Origin: a virus
Lineage: Duplodnaviria; Caudoviricetes
IMG/VR virus record: IMGVR_UViG_2513237213_000004
Coordinates: 1 to 64,000 of that record
Length of the DNA stretch: 64,000 nucleotides
Direction: 5' to 3' (one strand)
The notes beneath the pieces are model-generated. The model was not told where the DNA came from and ran no database searches. It saw only the letters and a list, made by a program, of their open reading frames with translations. Shown here in pieces: positions 48,003 to 56,154 of this stretch (positions within the stretch are counted from its first letter, which is position 1; every line of letters begins with the position of its first letter). Position numbers and translations under genes: made by a program.

Positions 48003-48518
48003 ATGAAGGCTTATAAGTTATTCAAGATAAAAGATGGTCAGCTTTTCCCGCTTTATGTCAACGCATCCACGCCGGTCCCTTTGGGGACCTGGCTAGAGGC
48101 GGAGGCCGGGCCGCTGGCTGCCGACGGTAAGCACGTTAAATCTAAACTAGGTAACCTGGCTTATCGCCCTGGCTGGCATTGTTCGGATTATCCCGTGGCG
48201 CTTCATATTGGCGAAAAGAAAAATCCGACGGATAAGCTGCCTAGTTACCGGCCCCGGTCCCAGGTATGGGCCGAAGTAGAAGTAATGGATCGCGTAAACT
48301 GGCAGCAGGAAGCGAACAAACAAGGGAAAAACCAACGGGATAAACAATTAAAAGTGGTCCCGGTAAATGGATACTATGAATATAAAACGAATCCAAACAT
48401 GTATGGCCGCTGGATCATTGCCGGGAATATCCGGGTAAATAAAATCCTAAGTGATGATGAAGTAAAACAGATTAACAGTAAGATTGATGTGGAGGACCTT
48501 CCCAGGAAGGCAGCATAA
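48003..48518 (+). CDS. Hypothetical early protein (KAYKLF...LAYRPGWHC type)
   Basis: SD gaggg; coherent 171-aa ORF. Confidence 0.8.
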   Translation: MKAYKLFKIKDGQLFPLYVNASTPVPLGTWLEAEAGPLAADGKHVKSKLGNLAYRPGWHCSDYPVALHIGEKKNPTDKLPSYRPRSQVWAEVEVMDRVNWQQEANKQGKNQRDKQLKVVPVNGYYEYKTNPNMYGRWIIAGNIRVNKILSDDEVKQINSKIDVEDLPRKAA

Positions 48519-48535
48519 GAGAGAAGGAAAAAGCA

Positions 48536-49108
48536 ATGAATACCGTTTTATTGTCGTGGAAGGACGCTGAAAAAATCTTTAAGTGGGCGTATGAAAATAA
48601 ATCTATGATGTATCAATTTCCGGAACCGTTGAAAAATATTCGACTGGTTATCGAAAAATGGGAAGCCAAAATCCAGCGCTATGGAAACAAGGTAAAAATC
48701 CATCACTGGTATGATGGTAAGGCCAAAGGAACCCAGGAATTTAAATTAGGCATCCCCATTACCATAATTGACAACAAAACGGATTTTCGCGGGCCGGATA
48801 AAATGACAATGGTAGCGACTTATGCAGCGCTTATGGCCTATATGGTATATGCACCAAAGGAAATTATAAAGGAACCGGCAAAGATGGCCGTACACGCCCC
48901 AGGAGGCCCCAGGAAGGCCGGAAAAGGGTACACCTATATACTACATAGGATAAGCAATAAAGCACCGCAGGGAGGCCACCACAGAAGTCCGCAGGGAACC
49001 TTCACGGTCCGCGGCCATCACAGACATTATAAGAACGGTAAAACAATCTGGATTAGAGAATATACAAAGGGCACTGGGGAAAACAAGGAAAGGACATATA
49101 AGCTATGA
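48536..49108 (+). CDS. Hypothetical protein with VRGHHRHYKNGK motif
   Basis: 190-aa ORF; His-rich basic C-terminus. Confidence 0.75.
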   Translation: MNTVLLSWKDAEKIFKWAYENKSMMYQFPEPLKNIRLVIEKWEAKIQRYGNKVKIHHWYDGKAKGTQEFKLGIPITIIDNKTDFRGPDKMTMVATYAALMAYMVYAPKEIIKEPAKMAVHAPGGPRKAGKGYTYILHRISNKAPQGGHHRSPQGTFTVRGHHRHYKNGKTIWIREYTKGTGENKERTYKL

Positions 49109-49323
49109 TTAAATGGGAAAAGGAACACGCTGCCATTGTTGTTCTAAACATGGTTAAATTCTATGTGAAATACAGGCAGGAACGTGAGAAGGAAATTACG
49201 GCTAGTTATTCCGGGAAATTAGAGGGATATATTCAAGGGATTACATTTGCTGACAAAACCTATGCGTTATACCTTCATAGATTAGCGAATTGGTACACTA
49301 AAAGATTATTGCGGAGGAATTGA
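49105..49323 (+). CDS. Hypothetical protein
   Basis: ATGA overlap. Confidence 0.65.
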   Translation: MIKWEKEHAAIVVLNMVKFYVKYRQEREKEITASYSGKLEGYIQGITFADKTYALYLHRLANWYTKRLLRRN

Positions 49324-49325
49324 AA

Positions 49326-50075
49326 ATGGAAAAAATTGTAAAACCTGGCATGTTTAACGAATATCAGAAAATTGCTTTTTACCATGGAGAAAACATGGTA
49401 AGAATCGATAATTTTGAAAGTGGTAATATTGAGATCCCGGAAGGGTGGGAAAAGGCTATAAGTGGCTATACCTATGAAGCTAATTCGTTCCGGGCTCCGA
49501 AAGGGATTGTATTTGATAGCGAAAATTTCCAGGTACGGAACGCGCGTAAATTGAATCTGGCAAAGAACGACCTGTTCACCATCAAAGAGTATGACAATGT
49601 GGACCGGGAAGGCAAGCGCGTGTTGTATATCCCGGCGGAAATTGAACCGGCTGGCGAAGTAAAGCAATGTGAATCTAAATTCGGTTACTATCTTTACAAG
49701 AAAACGAAAGTAAATTGCCCTATCAAGGTTACTGTCTGGCTGCGCGAAGTGGTAAGCAAGGAAAAAGCCGACGAATGTTTCAAACAATGGAACGGGAAAA
49801 GATACGAAGAAAAGCCCGGCGTTGCCCATGAAGTAAAACATAGACAGTCTTTTGATGGAACACAGGATGATTATATTATCGTGCATTACATTGATATTAT
49901 TGTTCCATGGTTTTACCTGCTGACCTTTGATAAAGTCGTATATAGTGAATACTATGAACTCACGGATAAATTGGCCGGTAAAATGAATGAAGTTCTGGGA
50001 GGCAAAAGCCTTTCCCACTATGACATTGATAAGCTGCTGGAACACTTTGATATTACTGAAAAAACGGAGGCGTAA
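49326..50075 (+). CDS. Hypothetical protein
   Basis: SD ggagg before ATG 49326. Confidence 0.75.
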   Translation: MEKIVKPGMFNEYQKIAFYHGENMVRIDNFESGNIEIPEGWEKAISGYTYEANSFRAPKGIVFDSENFQVRNARKLNLAKNDLFTIKEYDNVDREGKRVLYIPAEIEPAGEVKQCESKFGYYLYKKTKVNCPIKVTVWLREVVSKEKADECFKQWNGKRYEEKPGVAHEVKHRQSFDGTQDDYIIVHYIDIIVPWFYLLTFDKVVYSEYYELTDKLAGKMNEVLGGKSLSHYDIDKLLEHFDITEKTEA

Positions 50076-50078
50076 ACC

Positions 50079-50342
50079 ATGGAAAAGAAAACAAGAGAAA
50101 CGACGCGGGCCCGCTGCTATAATTTCCTGGCAATGAATTGTGATGGCTTATTAAAGACAAAGGCATCTAAGATGTTTAACTGGAAAGAAGCCTGTAACAT
50201 GTATGAAACAAGGATTTTCCTGTTATGCGAAGTTCTAAAAATTGATAGTTCCCAATTGAATTATTATGGGACCGTCAAGAAATACCGTCCGGATTTATTT
50301 GAACAAGACTTTTACAACGATGTTCGTAAATATGTGAAGTAA
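50079..50342 (+). CDS. Hypothetical protein
   Basis: SD ggagg. Confidence 0.7.
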   Translation: MEKKTRETTRARCYNFLAMNCDGLLKTKASKMFNWKEACNMYETRIFLLCEVLKIDSSQLNYYGTVKKYRPDLFEQDFYNDVRKYVK

Positions 50343-50356
50343 CGGAGGAAATAACC

Positions 50357-50776
50357 ATGGTAATTATAGATAAAAAGCATGAGCAGAAAATCAATGAGAT
50401 ATTGAAGGGAGGGCAGGGAAAATCAACCGCAAGAACCATTGATAATGCAGAAGAATTGATTAGTTTAGTGGAGAAATACAAATCAAACCTGCCGCCTATT
50501 CCAAAAGCCCATTTAAACCATTGCAAGCTGATTATATTTGTTGGTGCCGGGCACTTTGCAAACGCTTATAAGTATATACCAATGGGAACGCAGGTAACGA
50601 TTGAATTTGGAAGGGATGGATTAGGGCGCCTAGTTTCTGTTAGTCGAACCAATGTAAAAGGGGCAAAAGAATATAGTTTCATGCTTACCAAAGAAGCTAA
50701 GCAATCGGCGCTAAGGTGTCTCAATATATTACCTTGTGATTACGATAAAGACAAGGATTGCTGGAAAGCCTGCTAA
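50357..50776 (+). CDS. Hypothetical protein
   Basis: SD ggagg. Confidence 0.75.
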   Translation: MVIIDKKHEQKINEILKGGQGKSTARTIDNAEELISLVEKYKSNLPPIPKAHLNHCKLIIFVGAGHFANAYKYIPMGTQVTIEFGRDGLGRLVSVSRTNVKGAKEYSFMLTKEAKQSALRCLNILPCDYDKDKDCWKAC

Positions 50777-50796
50777 GTCAAACGGAGGAAATAACC

Positions 50797-51024
50797 ATGA
50801 GAAAATATAGGAAGGTTACCATGTTTGTGGCTTTTGATATTCCGGACGATATACCGGAGGAATCCCAGGAACGCATGGAGGAAGATTTTGATAGCACGTT
50901 GCTTGTTGACCTTGATAATGTCAATTACGATGCAGAACTGGATTACTCATATGAGTACGACGTGGAGGAAACAACGTCGGAAAAATTAAAAGAAGAAAAT
51001 AGCTTTATGTTTGGGAGGATTTAA
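50797..51024 (+). CDS. Small very acidic protein
   Basis: SD ggagg before ATG 50797. Confidence 0.7.
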   Translation: MRKYRKVTMFVAFDIPDDIPEESQERMEEDFDSTLLVDLDNVNYDAELDYSYEYDVEETTSEKLKEENSFMFGRI

Positions 51025-51026
51025 CC

Positions 51027-51284
51027 ATGGATAGACTTGAATACGAAAAGAATAATATTACTTGGTGCATTGCGAAGCTGAATAAATTGTGTGACTATGC
51101 GTATATCCAGCGTTGCACTCACGCCGCTGGCAATCCATTGGAAAAGCCACACTATCAAATTGTTATCAATGGTTACGCCATTGAATCGTACCACGGTTTT
51201 GATGAACTGGCTGGCCGTATATCTGACTTTGTAAATATCTTTGAAGCTGGCCATAGGGTGGCCCGTGGCATGGATTGTTTGTAA
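51027..51284 (+). CDS. Hypothetical protein
   Basis: SD ggagg. Confidence 0.7.
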   Translation: MDRLEYEKNNITWCIAKLNKLCDYAYIQRCTHAAGNPLEKPHYQIVINGYAIESYHGFDELAGRISDFVNIFEAGHRVARGMDCL

Positions 51285-51296
51285 GGGGGCATAAGC

Positions 51297-51530
51297 ATGA
51301 AATACTATGAACTTATTTTCGGAAATTATAAAGAGAATCCCGATTGGTCCATCGTTATCAAAGGAATTCGTAAGCCCACTGTTATAGAAGCTAATGAGTT
51401 TTGCGCGAGTGATGTTGCTTACTATGGCGAGGTAACAGAAGTTTTCGATATTTCCGAGGACGATGTATACACTGACTTTCATACTGAGAATATTGACAAC
51501 TGGCCAGTATTTGGCTTGGATTGTTTGTAA
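51297..51530 (+). CDS. Small acidic hypothetical protein
   Basis: SD aggggg. Confidence 0.7.
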   Translation: MKYYELIFGNYKENPDWSIVIKGIRKPTVIEANEFCASDVAYYGEVTEVFDISEDDVYTDFHTENIDNWPVFGLDCL

Positions 51531-51544
51531 GGGGGATAATTACA

Positions 51545-51751
51545 ATGAGAAAAAGCGAATTTGTAAGGCTGCACATCCAGCTTGCAGGGATCAAAACAGG
51601 TACAAGGATTAGGCATGGCGTCCATGCTCCATACGTTCAATACAGAGGTATTCCGCGGTATAGGCAGCTAGTTAAGCTGGCGAAGCGCAAAGAGGCAATC
51701 AAGGCCGGGGATAAGTTTTATCCGTATGATGACAATTTCTGGAACGCATAA
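51545..51751 (+). CDS. Small basic hypothetical protein
   Basis: SD aggggg before ATG 51545. Confidence 0.65.
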   Translation: MRKSEFVRLHIQLAGIKTGTRIRHGVHAPYVQYRGIPRYRQLVKLAKRKEAIKAGDKFYPYDDNFWNA

Positions 51752-51766
51752 CAGGAGGAAACAACA

Positions 51767-52021
51767 ATGAAAATTTATACGCTTCATCACTGTGACGAAT
51801 GGTGTACCTGGGATAGCATGGAAATGGCCGACGAATATTTCCGGGATAACGAGGAAGGCCGGAGGAAATTACTGGAACGAATCACGGAAGAAATCGAATC
51901 CGGTTCCATTGAACTCATTGGCGACATTGGTTTTCTGAACCTTGATATTAGCTGCGGCAATATCCGGAACGCTAACGATAGACTGAAATACGCTTATATT
52001 AATACTATGGAGGCTGCATAA
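51767..52021 (+). CDS. Small acidic hypothetical protein
   Basis: SD aggagg. Confidence 0.7.
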   Translation: MKIYTLHHCDEWCTWDSMEMADEYFRDNEEGRRKLLERITEEIESGSIELIGDIGFLNLDISCGNIRNANDRLKYAYINTMEAA

Positions 52022-52191
52022 TGACAAAGTATGAACCCAGACAAAGAACCACCGGCGGGAAAACGTGGTGGGAGCCCTGGAACCCCAGGACTAACCGCTA
52101 TTCTACACTAACTGCCCTTGGCAAGTATCGAACCCAGAAGGGCTGCGCTGCTGCAATTAAATTCTATGAACGGTGCTATGGAGGAATCTGA
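52021..52191 (+). CDS. Small hypothetical protein (56 aa)
   Basis: Manual translation MTKYEPRQRTTGGKTWWEPW...GCAAAIKFY; TAATG coupling. Confidence 0.6.
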   Translation: MTKYEPRQRTTGGKTWWEPWNPRTNRYSTLTALGKYRTQKGCAAAIKFYERCYGGI

Positions 52192-52250
52192 AATCGTAGG
52201 GCGTATTAAGTAAAACATAAGTGGGACTCTATGGCCCCACTGTTAACAAT

Positions 52251-52304
52251 AAGTGACTTTTTGAAAAAATAATGCTTGCAGCGGTATTTCCTCTATGTTA
52301 TAAT
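52251..52304 (+). promoter_or_regulatory. Promoter of recombinase operon with shared 28-bp upstream element
   Basis: aagtgactttttgaaaaaataatgcTTGCAG-17-TATAAT with extended TG. Confidence 0.8.
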
Positions 52305-52326
52305 GGAGGAAAAGGAGGAAGGAAAA

Positions 52327-53136
52327 ATGATGGATTACACAGAATTCCTAGAAGAAGTACGAAAAACGCGCCGGGAATCAACCTGGAAAAGCTATTGCAT
52401 GGCCTTGGAAAAGTTTCCGGAAGGAACCGAAGAAGAAATCATTGATTACATTGATAAGTCACCGCATCAGGGCAGCACTAAGAAGGCCAATTTGCGTATC
52501 CTGCGTTTGGCCCTGGATTACAACGGGGCTTTAACCAAAGGAATCAAGCGCATTATCAAGTCATACCGTCCGGATGAATCCTTGCAGGAATGTCCCACGG
52601 ATAAGCAGGTTGAAAAGATCTGGGACCATCTTAAATCCTTCCGCGAAAAGGCAATGTTCTCCCTCATGGCTTATATGGGCTTTCGTGTTGGCGAAGTCCG
52701 GAACCTGAATCTCAATGACATTACGGAAAATGGCATGATTATCATCCGTAAATCCAAAGGTCATCGCCCGGACATTATGCCGATGGTCCACAAGCGGGTA
52801 TATGAATCACTTAGATCCTACCTGCATGAGCGTCGAAACACAGATAACCAGGCATTATTTACCGGTCCCCATGGCAGGTTATCCCTGGGATATATTAAGA
52901 ATATGTTTATCAATGAATTCAAGAGTAATGACCTCCCACAATTCCACTGTCATTCCCTCCGGAGATACTTCGCAAACTCCATGTATAACAATGGCGTATC
53001 CTTGTTAGATATGCAGGACAACATGAGACATAAATCCCCGGAAACCACGAAACGCTATTTGAACCTTGGTCAGCAGAATCGTATCGACGCGATGCGGAAA
53101 ACCTGGGGCGACAATGTTTCAAAAATGTTTGCATAA
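52327..53136 (+). CDS. Tyrosine recombinase (Xer/integrase family)
   Basis: GFRVGEV (R), KSKG (K), HSLRRYFA (HxxR), MRHKSPETTKRY (H,Y). Confidence 0.92.
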   Translation: MMDYTEFLEEVRKTRRESTWKSYCMALEKFPEGTEEEIIDYIDKSPHQGSTKKANLRILRLALDYNGALTKGIKRIIKSYRPDESLQECPTDKQVEKIWDHLKSFREKAMFSLMAYMGFRVGEVRNLNLNDITENGMIIIRKSKGHRPDIMPMVHKRVYESLRSYLHERRNTDNQALFTGPHGRLSLGYIKNMFINEFKSNDLPQFHCHSLRRYFANSMYNNGVSLLDMQDNMRHKSPETTKRYLNLGQQNRIDAMRKTWGDNVSKMFA

Positions 53137-53155
53137 TGATAGGGAGGATAATTCA

Positions 53156-53212
53156 ATGATACATATTCTTTGTGTGACAATTGGTGTGTTTTGGTTACTT
53201 TTGAAATTATAA
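53156..53212 (+). CDS. 18-aa hydrophobic micropeptide (not in ORF track)
   Basis: MIHILCVTIGVFWLLLKL with SD agggagg. Confidence 0.45.
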   Translation: MIHILCVTIGVFWLLLKL

Positions 53213-53227
53213 AGGAGAGAAAAATAA

Positions 53228-53830
53228 ATGGCAACCGGCGAAAGATATTATACTGACAAAAAAGAAATTCTCGTGCTTAAAAGCGAAACGGCTGAATACG
53301 AAGAAAACAAGGACTTTAATCCGTTTGATCCTGAGAGTGATGATGGAACGCCGGACAGTTTTTGGGACGGAATGAGAGAATATCAATCGCATATTCGTAA
53401 GATTACTAAGGAGTTAAAGACCGACTGGGTTGATAACTATACATCCGATGGAGAGACATTAGATCCCGATGCTGGCAATGAAGCATGGGAGAAACTAATG
53501 GAGGAAATACCGATGCTGACCAACGGAAGTCTTGTGCAAGCATTGGAAGCAGAAGAATGGAAGAAATTGGTAAAGCAGATAAATAGGTATGCGTGGAGAT
53601 ACGTTGACCGGCTATCCCAGATAAAATCAAATGCAGCTTACGAAGAAGATAGACTCGGATATACGCGCTGCACTGAATATACGCCAGAGGAATTTGTAAA
53701 AGAATATAAGCCGGAGCTAGTTGACGGGAAAATATATATTAAAAATCCTAAGAATATGACCTATGCTTTAAGAGGGTACGTTGAAAAGCATAGGGAAGAA
53801 ATCGAAACATTGATAAACGGAGGAGAATAA
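53228..53830 (+). CDS. Acidic hypothetical protein
   Basis: SD aggag; 200 aa. Confidence 0.75.
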   Translation: MATGERYYTDKKEILVLKSETAEYEENKDFNPFDPESDDGTPDSFWDGMREYQSHIRKITKELKTDWVDNYTSDGETLDPDAGNEAWEKLMEEIPMLTNGSLVQALEAEEWKKLVKQINRYAWRYVDRLSQIKSNAAYEEDRLGYTRCTEYTPEEFVKEYKPELVDGKIYIKNPKNMTYALRGYVEKHREEIETLINGGE

Positions 53831-53832
53831 CA

Positions 53833-54111
53833 ATGGGAGATTTAGAGCATGGTTACTATGGTTATGACCAGGAAGCTGAAATTGAAAAGACTTTATCTGA
53901 ATATGATGATACCATTGAACCGAAGCCGACAATTATTCCAGCCAAAAAAGCAAGGGCAAAGGATTATGATAAGGTTTGCCATGAGCTAGGGTTTAATCCG
54001 GGCGTAAAGTTTATAAAGATAACCACTCGTGGGACCATAGGTTTCACATGCGGTAAGCCAGAGGAATTTCGCCCAGGCCGCGTAAAATGGACATATGAAA
54101 AGGAGGGTTAA
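53833..54111 (+). CDS. Hypothetical protein
   Basis: SD ggagg. Confidence 0.7.
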   Translation: MGDLEHGYYGYDQEAEIEKTLSEYDDTIEPKPTIIPAKKARAKDYDKVCHELGFNPGVKFIKITTRGTIGFTCGKPEEFRPGRVKWTYEKEG

Positions 54112-54115
54112 AAAA

Positions 54116-54286
54116 ATGCTTACCGCAAGGGGAGAATATGAAAATAAAAAGGAGCTTCTGCTTTATCAGATCTATTCAAAAGTTGGTATGTCCCCAGGGC
54201 CCTTGGAATTGAAGGCATGTCTTGAGGCGTTCTCGGATAGATTCATTGACAAACTTAGAGAGAAAAACCAGGCAGGGCAAGAATGA
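54116..54286 (+). CDS. Small hypothetical protein
   Basis: SD aggaggg before ATG 54116. Confidence 0.6.
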   Translation: MLTARGEYENKKELLLYQIYSKVGMSPGPLELKACLEAFSDRFIDKLREKNQAGQE

Positions 54287-54294
54287 TGCTCGTT

Positions 54295-54358
54295 TACGCC
54301 ATTATACATGTATACCATTGTACCATTACACCATTATACAGGTGTAAATGTACAGAAA
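54295..54358. repeat. Octamer tandem array 5 (candidate parS/centromere)
   Basis: tacgccat tatacatg tataccat tgtaccat tacaccat tatacagg tgtaaatg. Confidence 0.8.
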
Positions 54359-54364
54359 TTCATA

Positions 54365-54480
54365 TAAAAATCCCGTAGGCGCTCTACATGGCTCTCTACG
54401 GGATTTTCTATGTCTGTGCAATAGTTTATATGCGTTGTCTATTCGATGGCCCTCTATGGGCTTTCTAGACGTTCATTTTT
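54365..54480 (+). repeat. Dispersed quasi-palindromic element copy C (includes terminator-like hairpin)
   Basis: tcccgtaggcgctct...ctacgggattttctatg and core gcaatagtttatatg 54418-54432. Confidence 0.7.
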
Positions 54481-54820
54481 CTAACTCACCACGATAAAGT
54501 TGTAATGCCTGTGTCGCGGTCAGTTCATCGAAGGAATTTTCCAGGCTGCCTAACAATTTCATAGCTTCATCGCTGGCCATGCCTGTGTTTTTCATGGCAA
54601 GGACAATATAAGCCAGAACAATGTCATTGAAACGGCCCGTGTCGAAAAGTTGGCAGCTATTATACTCAGCTTCATCCAATGTTGTCATCGGTTTCACTTC
54701 GGATAATCCTTTGAGTGCTTCCTTCAAGGCTTGCTTGATGCTTTCCGGGGACCGATCCGGGTATTTCTTAGAAAACATTTCAAGTAGTTCTGCTAAGTTT
54801 TCTAACTGTGTATGATTCAT
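54473..54820 (-). CDS. Hypothetical protein (start revised to MNHTQL)
   Basis: SD aaggtgg before ATG 54820. Confidence 0.65.
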   Translation of the reverse strand: MNHTQLENLAELLEMFSKKYPDRSPESIKQALKEALKGLSEVKPMTTLDEAEYNSCQLFDTGRFNDIVLAYIVLAMKNTGMASDEAMKLLGSLENSFDELTATQALQLYRGELEK

Positions 54821-54864
54821 GATTTCCACCTTATTTGCGTTTATGCTTGCGCTTACTTCTATCT

Positions 54865-55068
54865 TTACGATAAGCAGACGTAAGCATTGTAATCTTTCCA
54901 TCGGTATTTTTTTTCAATGGCTGCATCCACGGCAATAGTAGACTGCCTTATGATATTAGTTTCTAGTTCGACAATCATGCTCCTACCATTTAGGCCACAT
55001 TTTTCGCCATATTCATCCATGAAATCGTGTAATAAAAAGAACAGTTTATCCAAGTCGCGGAGCTCCAT
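54865..55068 (-). CDS. Hypothetical protein
   Basis: SD gaggtg. Confidence 0.6.
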   Translation of the reverse strand: MELRDLDKLFFLLHDFMDEYGEKCGLNGRSMIVELETNIIRQSTIAVDAAIEKKYRWKDYNAYVCLS

Positions 55069-55150
55069 AAAAACACCTCACTTATCAGATTTGCGACGGT
55101 AACAATTCCGACAGAGTATTTGACAGTTTTCTTTATTAGTTAGCTCATAA

Positions 55151-55579
55151 TTATCCTCTAATCTTCAATTCGTATCCAAGAATATCCAGGACCACTTGTA
55201 ACTCATTAACCTTAAATGTTTCATGGTTAACCTTATAGGCAAATGTGGGCTGCACAAACTTGGCCCCGGTCCTTTCGTTAAATATCCTTCGCACATCCTC
55301 CTTGGTTACCCCATTGGCTTCAAAGATGGACTCAATGACCTCTTTCAATGGAGTCATTGGCAATTCAACGTTTCCCTTGGCGATAACCGGGGAGAATCCC
55401 AGAATATCACAAACCACCTGTAATTCATTGGCCTTCAATGTTTCCTTGTGGATCTTATATGAAAATGCCTGCTGCGTGAAAACCGCCCCGGTCCTGGCGT
55501 TGTATTCCTCCACCATTTTCCCCAGGGTAATCCCCTTGGCAGCTATCATATTTTTTACAGTTTGTTTTACTTCAATCAT
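55151..55579 (-). CDS. Tandem-duplicated HTH (XRE/Cro-like) regulator, candidate repressor
   Basis: Two ~65-aa repeats (NARTGA.FTQQAFSYK...ET.K.NELQVV.DILG). Confidence 0.7.
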   Translation of the reverse strand: MIEVKQTVKNMIAAKGITLGKMVEEYNARTGAVFTQQAFSYKIHKETLKANELQVVCDILGFSPVIAKGNVELPMTPLKEVIESIFEANGVTKEDVRRIFNERTGAKFVQPTFAYKVNHETFKVNELQVVLDILGYELKIRG

Positions 55580-55591
55580 TGTATTCCTCTT

Positions 55592-56086
55592 TTACTCTAA
55601 AAGTCCACATAAATACTTAAAATCACCGGGGTTAATCGCGGAATATGTTTTCTCTAAGGTTTTCATATCTGCTTTCTCCTTTGCTTTCGCTATCACCTGT
55701 GATGTAATTATTACAGTCGATGGATTATTTACCTCGGATTTTCCCCTCGATGTCCATTCTGCTTCCTTACCATTTAGAAGTACGGTTCCATTCTTGTAAT
55801 GAGAAGCAACAAGTGATTCATAGTAATTTCTTGTCTGCGTATTAAAATAACAAAGTAATATCTGGTAATCTATATTTTCACTATTATAATTAGCTGGATA
55901 GGCCATCTTTGCCCAGAAATAAATCCCTTGCATTTTCCCATTTTGCCAGAAAAGTTTTATGGAATCTTCATCGTAATATTCTGCTGGACAACTTACATCA
56001 TTGTTAACCTTAATCCAATGGGCGGCCATAGCCATATTCGTGGATAATCCAATGAATAGAACAAGCATCATTATAATTTTTTTCAT
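55592..56086 (-). CDS. Secreted protein, adhesin-E-like (moron)
   Basis: Signal peptide, AHWIKV...YYDEDSIK pattern; own extended -10 promoter within upstream terminator (~56105-56145). Confidence 0.55.
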   Translation of the reverse strand: MKKIIMMLVLFIGLSTNMAMAAHWIKVNNDVSCPAEYYDEDSIKLFWQNGKMQGIYFWAKMAYPANYNSENIDYQILLCYFNTQTRNYYESLVASHYKNGTVLLNGKEAEWTSRGKSEVNNPSTVIITSQVIAKAKEKADMKTLEKTYSAINPGDFKYLCGLLE

Positions 56087-56154
56087 TGCTAGTCACTCCC
56101 TCTCTATATTATACCAAAGAAACCGCCAGGGATAAACCTTGGCGGCCATTTTTA

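Noticed and set aside
52327-53136. Protelomerase / linear hairpin-ended prophage
   Set aside because: The protein is short with a standard HxxR/H/Y integrase signature and no long perfect palindrome (telRL) was found
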